Shown piece by piece: positions 7,724 through 16,779 of a stretch of DNA of 64,000 nucleotides. The stretch lies in the IMG/VR virus record IMGVR_UViG_3300037067_004728, positions 1 through 64,000 of that record; one strand, 5' to 3'. The stretch is from a virus (lineage: Duplodnaviria > Caudoviricetes). Made by a program: the position numbers and the translations under genes. A model generated the notes under the pieces. The model was given only the letters and a program-made list of their open reading frames with translations, did no database searches and had not been told where the DNA came from. Every line of letters starts with the position of its first letter. Positions within the stretch are counted from its first letter, which is position 1.

Positions 7724-10445
7724 CCGGTTCTAAAACTAGGTAGCCCTGATGGGTAATAAAGTGCCCATTTGTTACTACGTCTGTTTTTGTTAATGATAAA
7801 TTACCTACATGCTTTTTACCATTTGCAAGAAGTCGTCCAATCGGAAAATTATGCGGCATTGAATTCAAAACCGCAGACCGATTCCAATATAGTTGCTCAT
7901 TTGCAGAAATACTAGAATAAAACTGCGACATGAACTCATCAAAAGCTGTTGTTAAGCCGGGGGTTACAAAACAATGTTCATCAATAAAGTTTTCTAATGC
8001 ATTTTTATTAGCATCAATCAATTGTTCTTTACTTGATGTATCCACAATAGGTAATCGTAAACGATGCTCTACGTCAGGCAGGGGGAGATTCATTATAGTA
8101 TACATAAAATATGGGGCTTCCTCTTCCAATTTTTTAATCATGTGCCTTGTAGGAATTTCATGCACTAATTGATCGACATACATCATTGTAACCCGCGTGT
8201 CACCCGGAAATACAGGGCAATGGTCCCGTGAATTAGAACATTGAATCCAGTGTGTAGTATTGGGCTGCATACATACTTGTTTATATTTAGCATGTATTGG
8301 AATCTGGTCAGCAAGCACCAAGTCCTTAATCTTATTATATACTGCTTGCGCATTTTGCGAGATATTCTTTTCTTCAACAACGCAAAGCACAGCCCCCGTT
8401 AATTCCCCATTAAAATCGCTGGTGTTTGTAAGAGCCGAATCAGCCCGCATAACACCGCCTTCCATCAACACTTGAATAGCTTGATGCAAAATAGTTTTAC
8501 CAGTATTCTGATTACCCCATAAGTATAAATACGGCAAATGCTCAAAAGGCTCTCGAATCATCAACGCAATCCAGCGCTGTAAATAATCCTTACCTGTTGT
8601 AATACCATTCCTTTGTGCCCAAGCCAACTCACGTAAATTTGCTGTTAAATCGGCTCCTGTATGCTCTAAAATCATATCCCAATGTGGATGAGGTGAGATT
8701 CCTGGTTCATAAGGTTCTGGCTTGTACTTCAATTTAGGGGCGCGAAGATTCCATTGACGATTGCCTGGGAATTCATCCTGAAAGGGCACATGAGTAATGG
8801 TCCAGGCTTTCGATAGAATCTCCCCTAAAATACCCTCAGCATTATCTTCATATCCAATCGCTTTTAAGCGTGACCGGGCATCATCTTTTGTTGTAAATAC
8901 CCAAGCCCCCTTCTCATGCCAGTAGGCCCATCCAGATGTATTGTTATCAGAAGAAATCAAACAACGTACATACTTATCAATTTCTTCAAAATCAATATTG
9001 GTCTCGCCGCGTGTGCGTATATCAATATTGTAGATTTTGAAAAACTTACCCTTCTTTTGCATCCAGCCTTCGGGTTCAGTTTTGTCATCATCATGTTTAA
9101 CAACTTCAACAAGCAGCTTATCTTTTTTGTATGCTTGTAGTCGTATTTTTCTATTTTCTAAGTTTTCAGGGATTTCGATAACATGACCCATTGCTCTAAG
9201 GGCCGAGACAGCAGCCTCTCCATCAGGAAAGGTATAGCCGCCGCCCTTGATGTCATCTTCCAGACCCTCAAAGGCTGCGGCTGCTCCACTCAAAGAAAGG
9301 GGTTTATTATAAAAACAATAGGTCCAATTACTTTTATCTAATTTCCAAGTTTCATGTTCTGTAGTTCCTTTACCAAATCTAACAGCGCGAAACGCTCCGT
9401 TCTCCATTGGAAACAGGAATACATTAGGTTTTCCAGGGTCTTTACCTTCGGCTAAGGTTTCAAACGCACCTAGAATAGGATTGCCTTCTTCGGCCCTCCT
9501 ATCAAATAAAATTTTCAAGAGTCTGGTGTGGGTCTGTAGCAAATGGTGGTCAGGAACCCAAACTGTTGTATATTCACGATACTCTTGTAATTCGGCAATA
9601 ATTTGTTTGTGTGCATCATCTAGGGGTATATTACGTTGCGCCGCCGCTTTATTTGCTATTTTATCCTGATCTTCTTCGTCAACACCTTCAATGCGAACTT
9701 TTGATCGACGCCTAGCGGCTACATCAACATAGGCTTGCCAATTCTCTGGTGGTTGAAAATATGCTCGCGTACCATCAGGATACACATTATCTTTTAATGT
9801 CGTGAGTCCTTCATTTTCAAGCGTCATCTTTCGTGCCCAAACCCACATATTGCCGCCGCCAACATCCATGCTGGCCTCAAAATTAAATCCTACTCGGCGG
9901 GAGATTTCTTTGAGGCAGGCAATCGCCAAGGCAGAGTGTTCGGTATGGTTGGCTGTCTCTGGCAAGTCAGCGGGGTCAAACTCGAAATAGACATGCAATC
10001 CACTGCCGCCCGTGCTTTTCAGTACCAGAGCTTCGGGCACTTCCATTAGTTTTGCAAGGATGGCGTTTAACTGTTCTTCTTCAACACCAACACCTTTAGC
10101 ATGGCTTGTAATTGCATCATAGTCAAATCCACAACGAATTGATTTACGATTACGCCAATCCCAGCCAGTTAATCCAATGGACCCGGCGTGTCTATCTAAT
10201 GGATACCGTAATTCATGGTCATTATCGACTGGTTCAGTATTTGCATTTTTAGGTAGCCTAAAATTATACCAGTCATACGCATAATTGTTACTACAATAAA
10301 CTCCATTTTTGCCGGCAACAGGTTCGCCATCATCCTGAGCGACTAAAACTTGAACTTCCATGTCAGGTGTATACCAACCGGCTACTCGCGGGTTATTATG
10401 CGGCATTAGTTTAAAAAATGCCGAAAGTTGTTCAGTGGTTCTCAT
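7716..10445 (-). CDS. AEP-type primase-polymerase fused to a C-terminal P-loop (SF3/DUF5906-like) helicase
   Basis: FDYD and STGGSGLHVYF (AEP motifs). GNQNTGKT Walker A, VVEE Walker B, FNGEL. GGAG ribosome-binding site upstream. Confidence 0.85.
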   Translation of the reverse strand: MRTTEQLSAFFKLMPHNNPRVAGWYTPDMEVQVLVAQDDGEPVAGKNGVYCSNNYAYDWYNFRLPKNANTEPVDNDHELRYPLDRHAGSIGLTGWDWRNRKSIRCGFDYDAITSHAKGVGVEEEQLNAILAKLMEVPEALVLKSTGGSGLHVYFEFDPADLPETANHTEHSALAIACLKEISRRVGFNFEASMDVGGGNMWVWARKMTLENEGLTTLKDNVYPDGTRAYFQPPENWQAYVDVAARRRSKVRIEGVDEEDQDKIANKAAAQRNIPLDDAHKQIIAELQEYREYTTVWVPDHHLLQTHTRLLKILFDRRAEEGNPILGAFETLAEGKDPGKPNVFLFPMENGAFRAVRFGKGTTEHETWKLDKSNWTYCFYNKPLSLSGAAAAFEGLEDDIKGGGYTFPDGEAAVSALRAMGHVIEIPENLENRKIRLQAYKKDKLLVEVVKHDDDKTEPEGWMQKKGKFFKIYNIDIRTRGETNIDFEEIDKYVRCLISSDNNTSGWAYWHEKGAWVFTTKDDARSRLKAIGYEDNAEGILGEILSKAWTITHVPFQDEFPGNRQWNLRAPKLKYKPEPYEPGISPHPHWDMILEHTGADLTANLRELAWAQRNGITTGKDYLQRWIALMIREPFEHLPYLYLWGNQNTGKTILHQAIQVLMEGGVMRADSALTNTSDFNGELTGAVLCVVEEKNISQNAQAVYNKIKDLVLADQIPIHAKYKQVCMQPNTTHWIQCSNSRDHCPVFPGDTRVTMMYVDQLVHEIPTRHMIKKLEEEAPYFMYTIMNLPLPDVEHRLRLPIVDTSSKEQLIDANKNALENFIDEHCFVTPGLTTAFDEFMSQFYSSISANEQLYWNRSAVLNSMPHNFPIGRLLANGKKHVGNLSLTKTDVVTNGHFITHQGYLVLEPDV

Positions 10446-10474
10446 TCAATATCTCCACAGACCCATTGTTCTCT

Positions 10475-10503
10475 ATTATAATAGACTGTTTTGACGCGGT
10501 AAA
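10475..10503 (-). promoter_or_regulatory. Leftward sigma70-like promoter (TTTACC-N17-TATAAT) for the primase operon
   Basis: Within the left IR arm, 29 nt upstream of the primase ATG. Confidence 0.55.
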
Positions 10504-10910
10504 AAACAAGTAGAAAATTTGAAATTGACTTTTGAAACTCATAAGTATTCTTTTGTCTTTTTGATTTCGCCAAATTAACCAACTTCTTGAATTGCAAAAA
10601 CCGTACCAAAAATCAGTTAGGTAATTTTGAAACGCAAATGTGTTATTTTTAGCTTTGGAAGAGTTCTCTTATACAAAAAGAAAAATTTTTCTCTCGCGTA
10701 GTAAAACTTTTTCTTGTGAGAAATACATTTTTAAGTTTCAATTTGCTATAAGTATTTTTGATGCTAGTTACTAACGTGAAGATTCACATATTGTTATAAC
10801 AATTGAAACGCAAAGTTAAGTCCGGGGGGTGTGCGGACTTTTGGCGAAATCCAAACATACAAATATCGCTTTTGCGTTTCAAAAGTCAATTTCAAATTTT
10901 CTACTTGTTT

Positions 10911-10939
10911 TTTACCGCGTCAAAACAGTCTATTATAGT
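10911..10939 (+). promoter_or_regulatory. Rightward sigma70-like promoter (TTTACC-N17-TATAGT)
   Basis: Within the right IR arm, 11 nt upstream of ATG 10951. Confidence 0.55.
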
Positions 10940-10950
10940 AGAGGGAAGAC

Positions 10951-11238
10951 ATGCATGGTACACCGAGAATTTTAGATGATGGAACAATTATTTACCCGAA
11001 GAAGGGAAAGGAACCGCCACCATGCTTAGAAGGGTATCGCCGGAAGGCTGAGCAAGGCCCGGATGCTTGGATACTTATTCCATTATGGCGTGATTGTGAC
11101 TTTAGACAGCAAGTATTACGACGACGAGAAGATTGTAATTGTGAAATGTTAGTGAATGTTTGTGGACATCCTTTAGGTCAAAATCTTGAACTTACGATTT
11201 CGATTTGTGAATCTTGTATTTTATGGCAGAGAAGTTAG
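10951..11238 (+). CDS. Cys-rich protein, paralog of the middle domain of 2254..2958
   Basis: IIYPKKGKEPPPCLEGY...IPLWRDC vs IIYSNGEPPCPYGY...EPDWPEC. Confidence 0.65.
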   Translation: MHGTPRILDDGTIIYPKKGKEPPPCLEGYRRKAEQGPDAWILIPLWRDCDFRQQVLRRREDCNCEMLVNVCGHPLGQNLELTISICESCILWQRS

Positions 11239-12185
11239 CAAATTTGTCGGTTGATTTATTAGTTCCTGCTTTTGTACTCTTGCGATTAGTTGATAAAACA
11301 TCGTTAGATTACATTGAAATGCGGGACTCTATGGCCGCACACGGCTTTTTCGGCACAATTTGTGTCCGACCTTCTAAGCGGCAGCCAGGAAAATATGAGA
11401 TAATTGACGGTTTGCATCGTTATTGCTGCGCTGTTGATTGCGGGCTAAAAGAAGTTCCTTGTATTATTAAAGAAGCTACGGATGCTGAGGTTAAAAATTG
11501 GCAAATACAGGCAAATATTATTCGACGCGAGACGGCAAATTCTGATTATGCGGCTCGATTGAAAATGTTATTCATTGAAAATCCTGAATTGACAATGGAA
11601 ATATTAGCTGTGGAATTACATTGCCGACCAGCAAAAATTCAAGCCATTTTGCGATTAAATAGGTTAATTCCAAAAGCAAAACAACACTTAGATATTGGAG
11701 AATTACCTATTACATCCGCTTATTCATTAGCGAAACTTCCTAAGAAGTTACAAGAGGATTTATTAGAAAAGGCTTTAACGCTGAGTGTGCGTGAGTTTAT
11801 TCAAATAAGTAACGGGTATAGAAAAGCCTATCAAGAAGCAGTAAATGAAGGGCGATTACAAAAGTATCTATATTTGCCAGTAAAACCAAAACCGCATCTG
11901 CGAACATTTAAAATGGTTCGTAATGAATATGAGCATTTAACAGCGGGTAAAATTTTGGTAAAAGATTCAGAAAAACTTGAGGTCTGGAAGCTGGCTTTGG
12001 CATGGGTTTTGCAGTTAGATTCCTTATCACAGCAAGAAATACAAAAAAAGGCGGATAAACGAGCAGACAGTGACCGACAACGAATTGCCAGCCGTAAAAA
12101 AGATTTAGATAGGCGGCTGCGAAGTAAAGCGAGTAAGATGGGGGCGGACCCCGATGACGACGATATGATAGAAGTTGTTATCTAG
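11223..12185 (+). CDS. ParB/Srx-like N-terminal domain protein with HTH
   Basis: ICVRP...KYEIIDGLHRY..A...GL.EVPCII, ANIIR; HTH-like segment follows. Confidence 0.85.
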   Translation: MAEKLANLSVDLLVPAFVLLRLVDKTSLDYIEMRDSMAAHGFFGTICVRPSKRQPGKYEIIDGLHRYCCAVDCGLKEVPCIIKEATDAEVKNWQIQANIIRRETANSDYAARLKMLFIENPELTMEILAVELHCRPAKIQAILRLNRLIPKAKQHLDIGELPITSAYSLAKLPKKLQEDLLEKALTLSVREFIQISNGYRKAYQEAVNEGRLQKYLYLPVKPKPHLRTFKMVRNEYEHLTAGKILVKDSEKLEVWKLALAWVLQLDSLSQQEIQKKADKRADSDRQRIASRKKDLDRRLRSKASKMGADPDDDDMIEVVI

Positions 12186-12221
12186 TTTTAGTTTCTATAA
12201 CCATGTTTGAGGAGTATTGTT

Positions 12222-12959
12222 ATGAGTAATGAGTTAGCTACTGTGAATTTGGAGCAGCTACCAGCGGTAGGTGTCAACGCTGCAAGCGATTTGCTTTGTG
12301 AGTTGACAAAGAGTAGTGAATTTTTTGATCGAATTCAATTGTATAGCAAAGGTAGCGCAATTGATAAGGACTTAATTCGTCCAGGGCATTTTGGTGTTCC
12401 AAGTGGCGAAGAGAGTATTCAAGATTTGGGCACAGAAATTGATATTCTGCCCTTAGTGTGCCGAGCAAAGGCACTTGATTTGAGTGATCGTGATGCGATT
12501 GTAACAAATTACGATCCGACTTCGGAAGCATTTAGGGCGATCAAGGAACGAGCGTCAATTCAGAATTCTGGTTGTATGTATGGATTGACTTTTCTAGTGT
12601 TTGAACGAAGCACAGGGCGATTTTATGAATTGTTCTGCGGTGTGAATAAGTCAATGCGAATGGAATCCAAGAAGATTACTATTTTCCTCCCTTTGACAGA
12701 GGCCGATGCGACTAGCCTAGAGGAAAAGGATGGGGTCAAGCGTGAATCACATAGTTCTCTGCCTTGTACCTTAAAGACAAAGTATGTAACAAAGAGGAAC
12801 TATGGATGGCACGTTCCGGTATGTGTGCAATGTTCGACGCCGTTTACAAACTTGCCGCCAATTGAGCGCATCCAGGCGGAAATTAACAAGTTTATGAGCC
12901 TATCAAACACGGAAGTTGAAAAGGTAGAAGAAGCCCAGACGACACGGCGGGCGCGATAA
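12222..12959 (+). CDS. Putative ssDNA-binding/annealing protein
   Basis: Replication context; beta-rich; KRNYGWHVP motif; RRAR C-terminus. Family not certain. Confidence 0.4.
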   Translation: MSNELATVNLEQLPAVGVNAASDLLCELTKSSEFFDRIQLYSKGSAIDKDLIRPGHFGVPSGEESIQDLGTEIDILPLVCRAKALDLSDRDAIVTNYDPTSEAFRAIKERASIQNSGCMYGLTFLVFERSTGRFYELFCGVNKSMRMESKKITIFLPLTEADATSLEEKDGVKRESHSSLPCTLKTKYVTKRNYGWHVPVCVQCSTPFTNLPPIERIQAEINKFMSLSNTEVEKVEEAQTTRRAR

Positions 12960-12974
12960 GTTGTTGGTGGTATG

Positions 12975-13005
12975 CCAGGATTGAAGTGGGGCACTTCAAT
13001 CCTGG
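12975..13005 (+). other. Perfect 14-bp stem-loop
   Basis: ccaggattgaagtg-ggg-cacttcaatcctgg, with no U-tract after it. Confidence 0.8.
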
Positions 13006-13027
13006 TAGGTTGTTTAGGAGAAATCAC

Positions 13028-13279
13028 ATGGATATTTTATATGGTCGTGTAATTAGAGTGGGTGATATTTGGACCTCTAATGGCGACGGCTATCTTTTAA
13101 TGAGAAGCGAACGAACAACATTTACAGTTAATATTGTTGGGTCCGCTGACCGTGAAAATGAGACTAAGATAATTTTACGAACTGTAAAGTATGTTAGTCA
13201 ATTAGTTGGTCGGAAGATAAAGGTAACTGGAAAACTTAGGGGTGTAAGTATCACTGCTAAAGTTATTGAGGAGATTTAA
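13028..13279 (+). CDS. Hypothetical protein (OB-fold-like)
   Basis: AGGAG upstream; LVGRKIKVTGKL. Confidence 0.5.
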   Translation: MDILYGRVIRVGDIWTSNGDGYLLMRSERTTFTVNIVGSADRENETKIILRTVKYVSQLVGRKIKVTGKLRGVSITAKVIEEI

Positions 13280-13435
13280 TATGGGTAAAGATCGAACGTA
13301 TCAATTTAATATGAAGAACGGTCAACTCATAAGCGTACAGGAAGTGAGTAATGAAGATTCAGTGGCATCATCCTTACCATTGGATACTTCGAGTAATCCT
13401 ACTAGGGATGATGAACAGTGTTTGGAGGACAAATA

Positions 13436-13621
13436 ATGTCTACGTTAGTTACAGTGCTGGTAGCGTATTACCTCGGCGGTGGCACTACTCTTCTTTTGAA
13501 TGAGTTGGATGACACTGGTGATGGTATCCAAGTGGCTGATGTGGTATCAGTCGTGGCATGGCCGGTGACGGCTCTTGCTTTAATTGTCAAGAAGATTCAG
13601 GATTATCGAAAGGGAACCTAA
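13436..13621 (+). CDS. Small membrane protein
   Basis: GGAGG upstream; two hydrophobic segments; similar to the next gene. Confidence 0.55.
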   Translation: MSTLVTVLVAYYLGGGTTLLLNELDDTGDGIQVADVVSVVAWPVTALALIVKKIQDYRKGT

Positions 13622-13791
13622 TGAAAAAGACGCTGATACGTTATGGGGTTCCTTTGGCCGCATTTTGGACTGGCGGCATGGCAACGATTCTGATTGATGT
13701 GCATAGTAAGATTGGTGAACTTCCTCTTGATCTTGTGTATCAAGTCGCTAAGTGGCCATACTATGCCGTGTTGTATCTTTTCGGTGGGTAA
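13621..13791 (+). CDS. Small membrane protein
   Basis: TAATG coupling; AFWTGG...KWP pattern similar to the previous gene. Confidence 0.55.
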   Translation: MKKTLIRYGVPLAAFWTGGMATILIDVHSKIGELPLDLVYQVAKWPYYAVLYLFGG

Positions 13792-13814
13792 AACTCATCA
13801 GCCCTTCGGGGCGT

Positions 13815-13887
13815 AGCGGGGTGGAGCAGTTGGTAGCTCGGCTGGCTCATAACCAGCAGGTCGCAGGTTCGAGTCCTGCCCCCGCCA
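13815..13887 (+). tRNA. tRNA-Met(CAT), initiator-like
   Basis: Cloverleaf AGCGGGG...GCTGG-CTCATAA-CCAGC...GTTCGAGTC...CCCCGCCA. A1-C72 mismatch and A11-U24 pair. No encoded CCA after the discriminator. Confidence 0.92.
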
Positions 13888-13910
13888 TTTCATTTTGTAA
13901 AGGGGGTTTT

Positions 13911-14303
13911 ATGAGATATGTTCTAACATTGATTTTGTTGTGTATTACACAAATTGGCTATGGGCAAGTGGTCGTTAGTGACCAAGTACCAATGCCTATA
14001 AAGTATCCTGCCGAAGTCTATAAAATGACTGACGCCGAGTTTTTCCAATGGGCAACTGATTTTAATAAGAAACAAGTTGCTGATTTGGAAACTCGTAGAA
14101 AACAAATAACTGAGCCACGTTATTATTACGGAACTCAAGTACGGCAGGAAGGGTTATTTAACAACTATAAAGCTAACGATTCTCGGTCATACAGCCGACA
14201 AACAACTATTTATTCAAAGCAATGGTCAAACTCAAATTATGTTGGCCCAGGACCATTGACAATTGTTAATCCATACTGTCGGCCAACAAAGGTAGAAAAA
14301 TGA
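13911..14303 (+). CDS. Secreted hypothetical protein
   Basis: Signal-peptide-like MRYVLTLILLCITQIGYG. Confidence 0.6.
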   Translation: MRYVLTLILLCITQIGYGQVVVSDQVPMPIKYPAEVYKMTDAEFFQWATDFNKKQVADLETRRKQITEPRYYYGTQVRQEGLFNNYKANDSRSYSRQTTIYSKQWSNSNYVGPGPLTIVNPYCRPTKVEK

Positions 14304-14815
14304 AAGAACGAACTGCAACCTTTTGTGGCTATGTCTTGTTTATTACGATTTTCCTATCGGTGGTTGTTGGCATTGTAAGTTTAATACGTTCACGGACAGC
14401 CGACCCGGTAGTTGATGATACTAATATGGCTCCTGTTACTGTAGAAGCACATATAGGAACTAATACAACTCCACCTATATTGTATGTACAAGTACATATT
14501 AAAAAAGGGCATCATATTTATTCCATCAATGCTAAAACCCCGGAACCAATTAGAACATTATTGGTTGTAGAGCCTAGTCCTGAATTTGGAGTAACAGGCG
14601 ATTGGTTTACCATAACTAAACCCAAGACTGTAACTATTCCAGGGTTTGGTGAACTTGAAGAACATGCGTATGGCGCTCTTTTTGGATTACATATTAACCC
14701 GTTAGTTGATATAAAAACTTTAAAAATAAAAGGGTCAATTACGGTTGCTCCGTGTAATGATGAGCGCTGTTATTTACCAGAGAAAATTCCATTTGAAGCC
14801 ACGGTTGTAGAATAA
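14300..14815 (+). CDS. Membrane-anchored DsbD N-terminal-like (Ig-fold) domain protein
   Basis: N-terminal TM; IKKGHHIYS and KGSITVAPCNDERCYLP match the DsbD-alpha pattern. Confidence 0.7.
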   Translation: MKERTATFCGYVLFITIFLSVVVGIVSLIRSRTADPVVDDTNMAPVTVEAHIGTNTTPPILYVQVHIKKGHHIYSINAKTPEPIRTLLVVEPSPEFGVTGDWFTITKPKTVTIPGFGELEEHAYGALFGLHINPLVDIKTLKIKGSITVAPCNDERCYLPEKIPFEATVVE

Positions 14816-14817
14816 TT

Positions 14818-15042
14818 ATGACATTGGGCTGGGTTGGTAATATTCTTATTCTTGTTGCCTTGTGGCAAACTGGTTGCAAGAATAAGACAGGGTGGTTGTG
14901 GAGTATTGCTGGTAATACAGTTTGGAGTTATTATGCAATAAGATTGCAGATGTGGGACATGCTGTTTGTGGATTTAACTGCATTATTTTTAGCGGTCTAT
15001 AATTGGCAGAAATGGAGAAAAGATGCCAAAGCGACGACGTGA
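14818..15042 (+). CDS. Small PnuC-like membrane protein
   Basis: GWLWSIAGNTVW...AVYNWQKW; about three TM segments. Confidence 0.55.
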   Translation: MTLGWVGNILILVALWQTGCKNKTGWLWSIAGNTVWSYYAIRLQMWDMLFVDLTALFLAVYNWQKWRKDAKATT

Positions 15043-15700
15043 AAGACAAGCAGAACGTGAACAAACTAGAACAACATTAACTTTTGAGTTTCGTACAGAG
15101 AAACAACAATGTGCCAGTGAGGTCTATCAAGCAAATGATATTATTTTTCTTGCAGGACCGGCTGGTACAGGCAAGACATTTTTAGCAATGGCGTTTGCGA
15201 TTCAAGATATTTTACAGAGGAAACGGAATAAGATTATCTTGACTCGGCCAATTGTTGAGGCAGGAGAATCCCTTGGATTTTTACCCGGTGATTTTACTGA
15301 AAAGGTTAATCCATACATGGTGCCATTGTATGATTGCTACCATGCTCTTTGCCCTGGTATAACGCTTCGTAATAAATGGATTGAACAGGCATTTGAAGTT
15401 GCTCCGCTGGCGTACATGCGTGGGCGCACATTCAATAATGCTGTGTGTATTTTTGATGAGGCACAAAATGCCACCAAATCACAACTCAAGTTATTTTTAA
15501 GCCGATTTGGATTAAATTCAAAAATCATTATTACAGGCGACCCTAATCAGTCGGATTTAGGGAAGTCGGGTGGTTTTACAAATGTTATGTCGAGTCTTGA
15601 CGGATTAGATGGTGTCGGAATTGTGCGTTTCTCTGATCTTGATATTGTTCGCCATTCACTTGTTTCAGCCGTATTAGCACGACTTGAAGAAGGGGTTTGA
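15023..15700 (+). CDS. phoH: PhoH-like ATPase
   Basis: GPAGTGKT, LTRP.VEAGE.LGFLPG, YMRGRTF, DEAQN, TGDPNQSD. Confidence 0.95.
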   Translation: MPKRRRERQAEREQTRTTLTFEFRTEKQQCASEVYQANDIIFLAGPAGTGKTFLAMAFAIQDILQRKRNKIILTRPIVEAGESLGFLPGDFTEKVNPYMVPLYDCYHALCPGITLRNKWIEQAFEVAPLAYMRGRTFNNAVCIFDEAQNATKSQLKLFLSRFGLNSKIIITGDPNQSDLGKSGGFTNVMSSLDGLDGVGIVRFSDLDIVRHSLVSAVLARLEEGV

Positions 15701-15701
15701 T

Positions 15702-16058
15702 ATGCTTGAAAAACCAGTTACAATTTCAAGTTTAATTGAGGACTCGCATCAAACTGCAATAGAAAAAGGATGGTGGGATACTTTAGATAAAGTTAGAAAT
15801 TTCGGTGAGCAGTTGATGCTAATGGTTACAGAGTTGTCGGAAGTAATGGAGGACTACCGAATACATGGTATTGATGAGCATAGTCTACTGCGTATTGAAA
15901 ATGGTAAACCCGAAGGTATTGCTGCCGAGTTTGCCGATGTTTTGATTCGATTGACTGATACGTGTGGTAGGTATAATATACCATTAGAAGAGGCCCTTAT
16001 ATTAAAAGCTGAATACAACCGTCATCGACCCTATCGGCACGGAGGAAAATTAGCGTGA
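15702..16058 (+). CDS. MazG-like nucleotide pyrophosphohydrolase
   Basis: LMVTELSE.ME...EFADVLIRL.D...K.EYN..RPYRHGGK. Confidence 0.85.
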   Translation: MLEKPVTISSLIEDSHQTAIEKGWWDTLDKVRNFGEQLMLMVTELSEVMEDYRIHGIDEHSLLRIENGKPEGIAAEFADVLIRLTDTCGRYNIPLEEALILKAEYNRHRPYRHGGKLA

Positions 16059-16558
16059 ATCCCAGTGCTATCCTGATTTTACAGCCGCAATTTAATCAAG
16101 GTCTTTTTTTGACTTTGTGTAAAGATATGCTAGGTGAATCGCCAGCAAGATCGGCGGATGCTGAGGGTTTACGGGGATTATCCCACCTAATAGCGGTACT
16201 ACGAGACTTTAGTGGCAAACCTGAAACCGATGTTTACAATTTACTACAATTCGGTTGTCTTATGGCAGCAGATGAACGGGATACGCCATTACTATTAGAG
16301 GCTCTTTCTGGTATGCAATTTGCACTGACGGACACTGTGATTCGTGGTGTTCATGCTATTGTTGTAAGCGGAACTTTGAGTCAGTGGATTCAAGCGGTGT
16401 CAAAAGGATGCCGAAAAGAACAAACGACGGCGGTTAGATACTGTTTTGATAAGATTTATATGTGCTTTTGCCAACAGGGTTTAGCATCAGTTTTCAATTG
16501 TGTAAAGCATGATTTACCGGATCATACGTTTTATTTAACTGAGGAAAAGAGGAGATAA
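16055..16558 (+). CDS. Hypothetical protein, weak ThyX-like C-terminal resemblance
   Basis: AIVVSGTLSQW resembles the ThyX C-terminal strand-helix, but the RHR signature is absent. Confidence 0.3.
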   Translation: MNPSAILILQPQFNQGLFLTLCKDMLGESPARSADAEGLRGLSHLIAVLRDFSGKPETDVYNLLQFGCLMAADERDTPLLLEALSGMQFALTDTVIRGVHAIVVSGTLSQWIQAVSKGCRKEQTTAVRYCFDKIYMCFCQQGLASVFNCVKHDLPDHTFYLTEEKRR

Positions 16559-16560
16559 CA

Positions 16561-16779
16561 ATGGTTTTTGATAACGATGATTTTGATATTGATGATTTTG
16601 ACGAATTCGACGAGGATGACGATTGGGGTTATGATGATGAATATGAAGATGATGAATACGATCCTGATTTGGACGACGATGAATTTGAAGGATTGATTGA
16701 TGAAGCGATGGCTGATGAGGACGACGACTGGGACGATGACGATGACGACTGGGACGATGACGATTGGGATGATGAATAA
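16561..16779 (+). CDS. Extremely acidic 72-aa protein
   Basis: GAGGAG upstream; 47/72 residues Asp/Glu, no Lys/Arg/His; TAATG-coupled to the helicase. Confidence 0.75.
   Translation: MVFDNDDFDIDDFDEFDEDDDWGYDDEYEDDEYDPDLDDDEFEGLIDEAMADEDDDWDDDDDDWDDDDWDDE

Larger units (their letters stand above)
10471..10943. repeat. 68-bp inverted repeat (10471-10538 / 10876-10943, 1 mismatch) flanking a 337-bp AT-rich spacer
   Basis: Left arm ctctattataatagactgttttgacgcggtaaaaaacaagtagaaaatttgaaattgacttttgaaac matches the reverse complement of the right arm except at one base. Confidence 0.95.

Noticed and set aside
13752-13910. N-terminal extension of the 183-aa ORF
   Set aside because: It reads through tRNA-Met; the signal-peptide start at 13911 is more plausible.
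16055-16558. Functional ThyX
   Set aside because: The RHRxxSxxxxSxR signature is absent; only a weak C-terminal resemblance remains.
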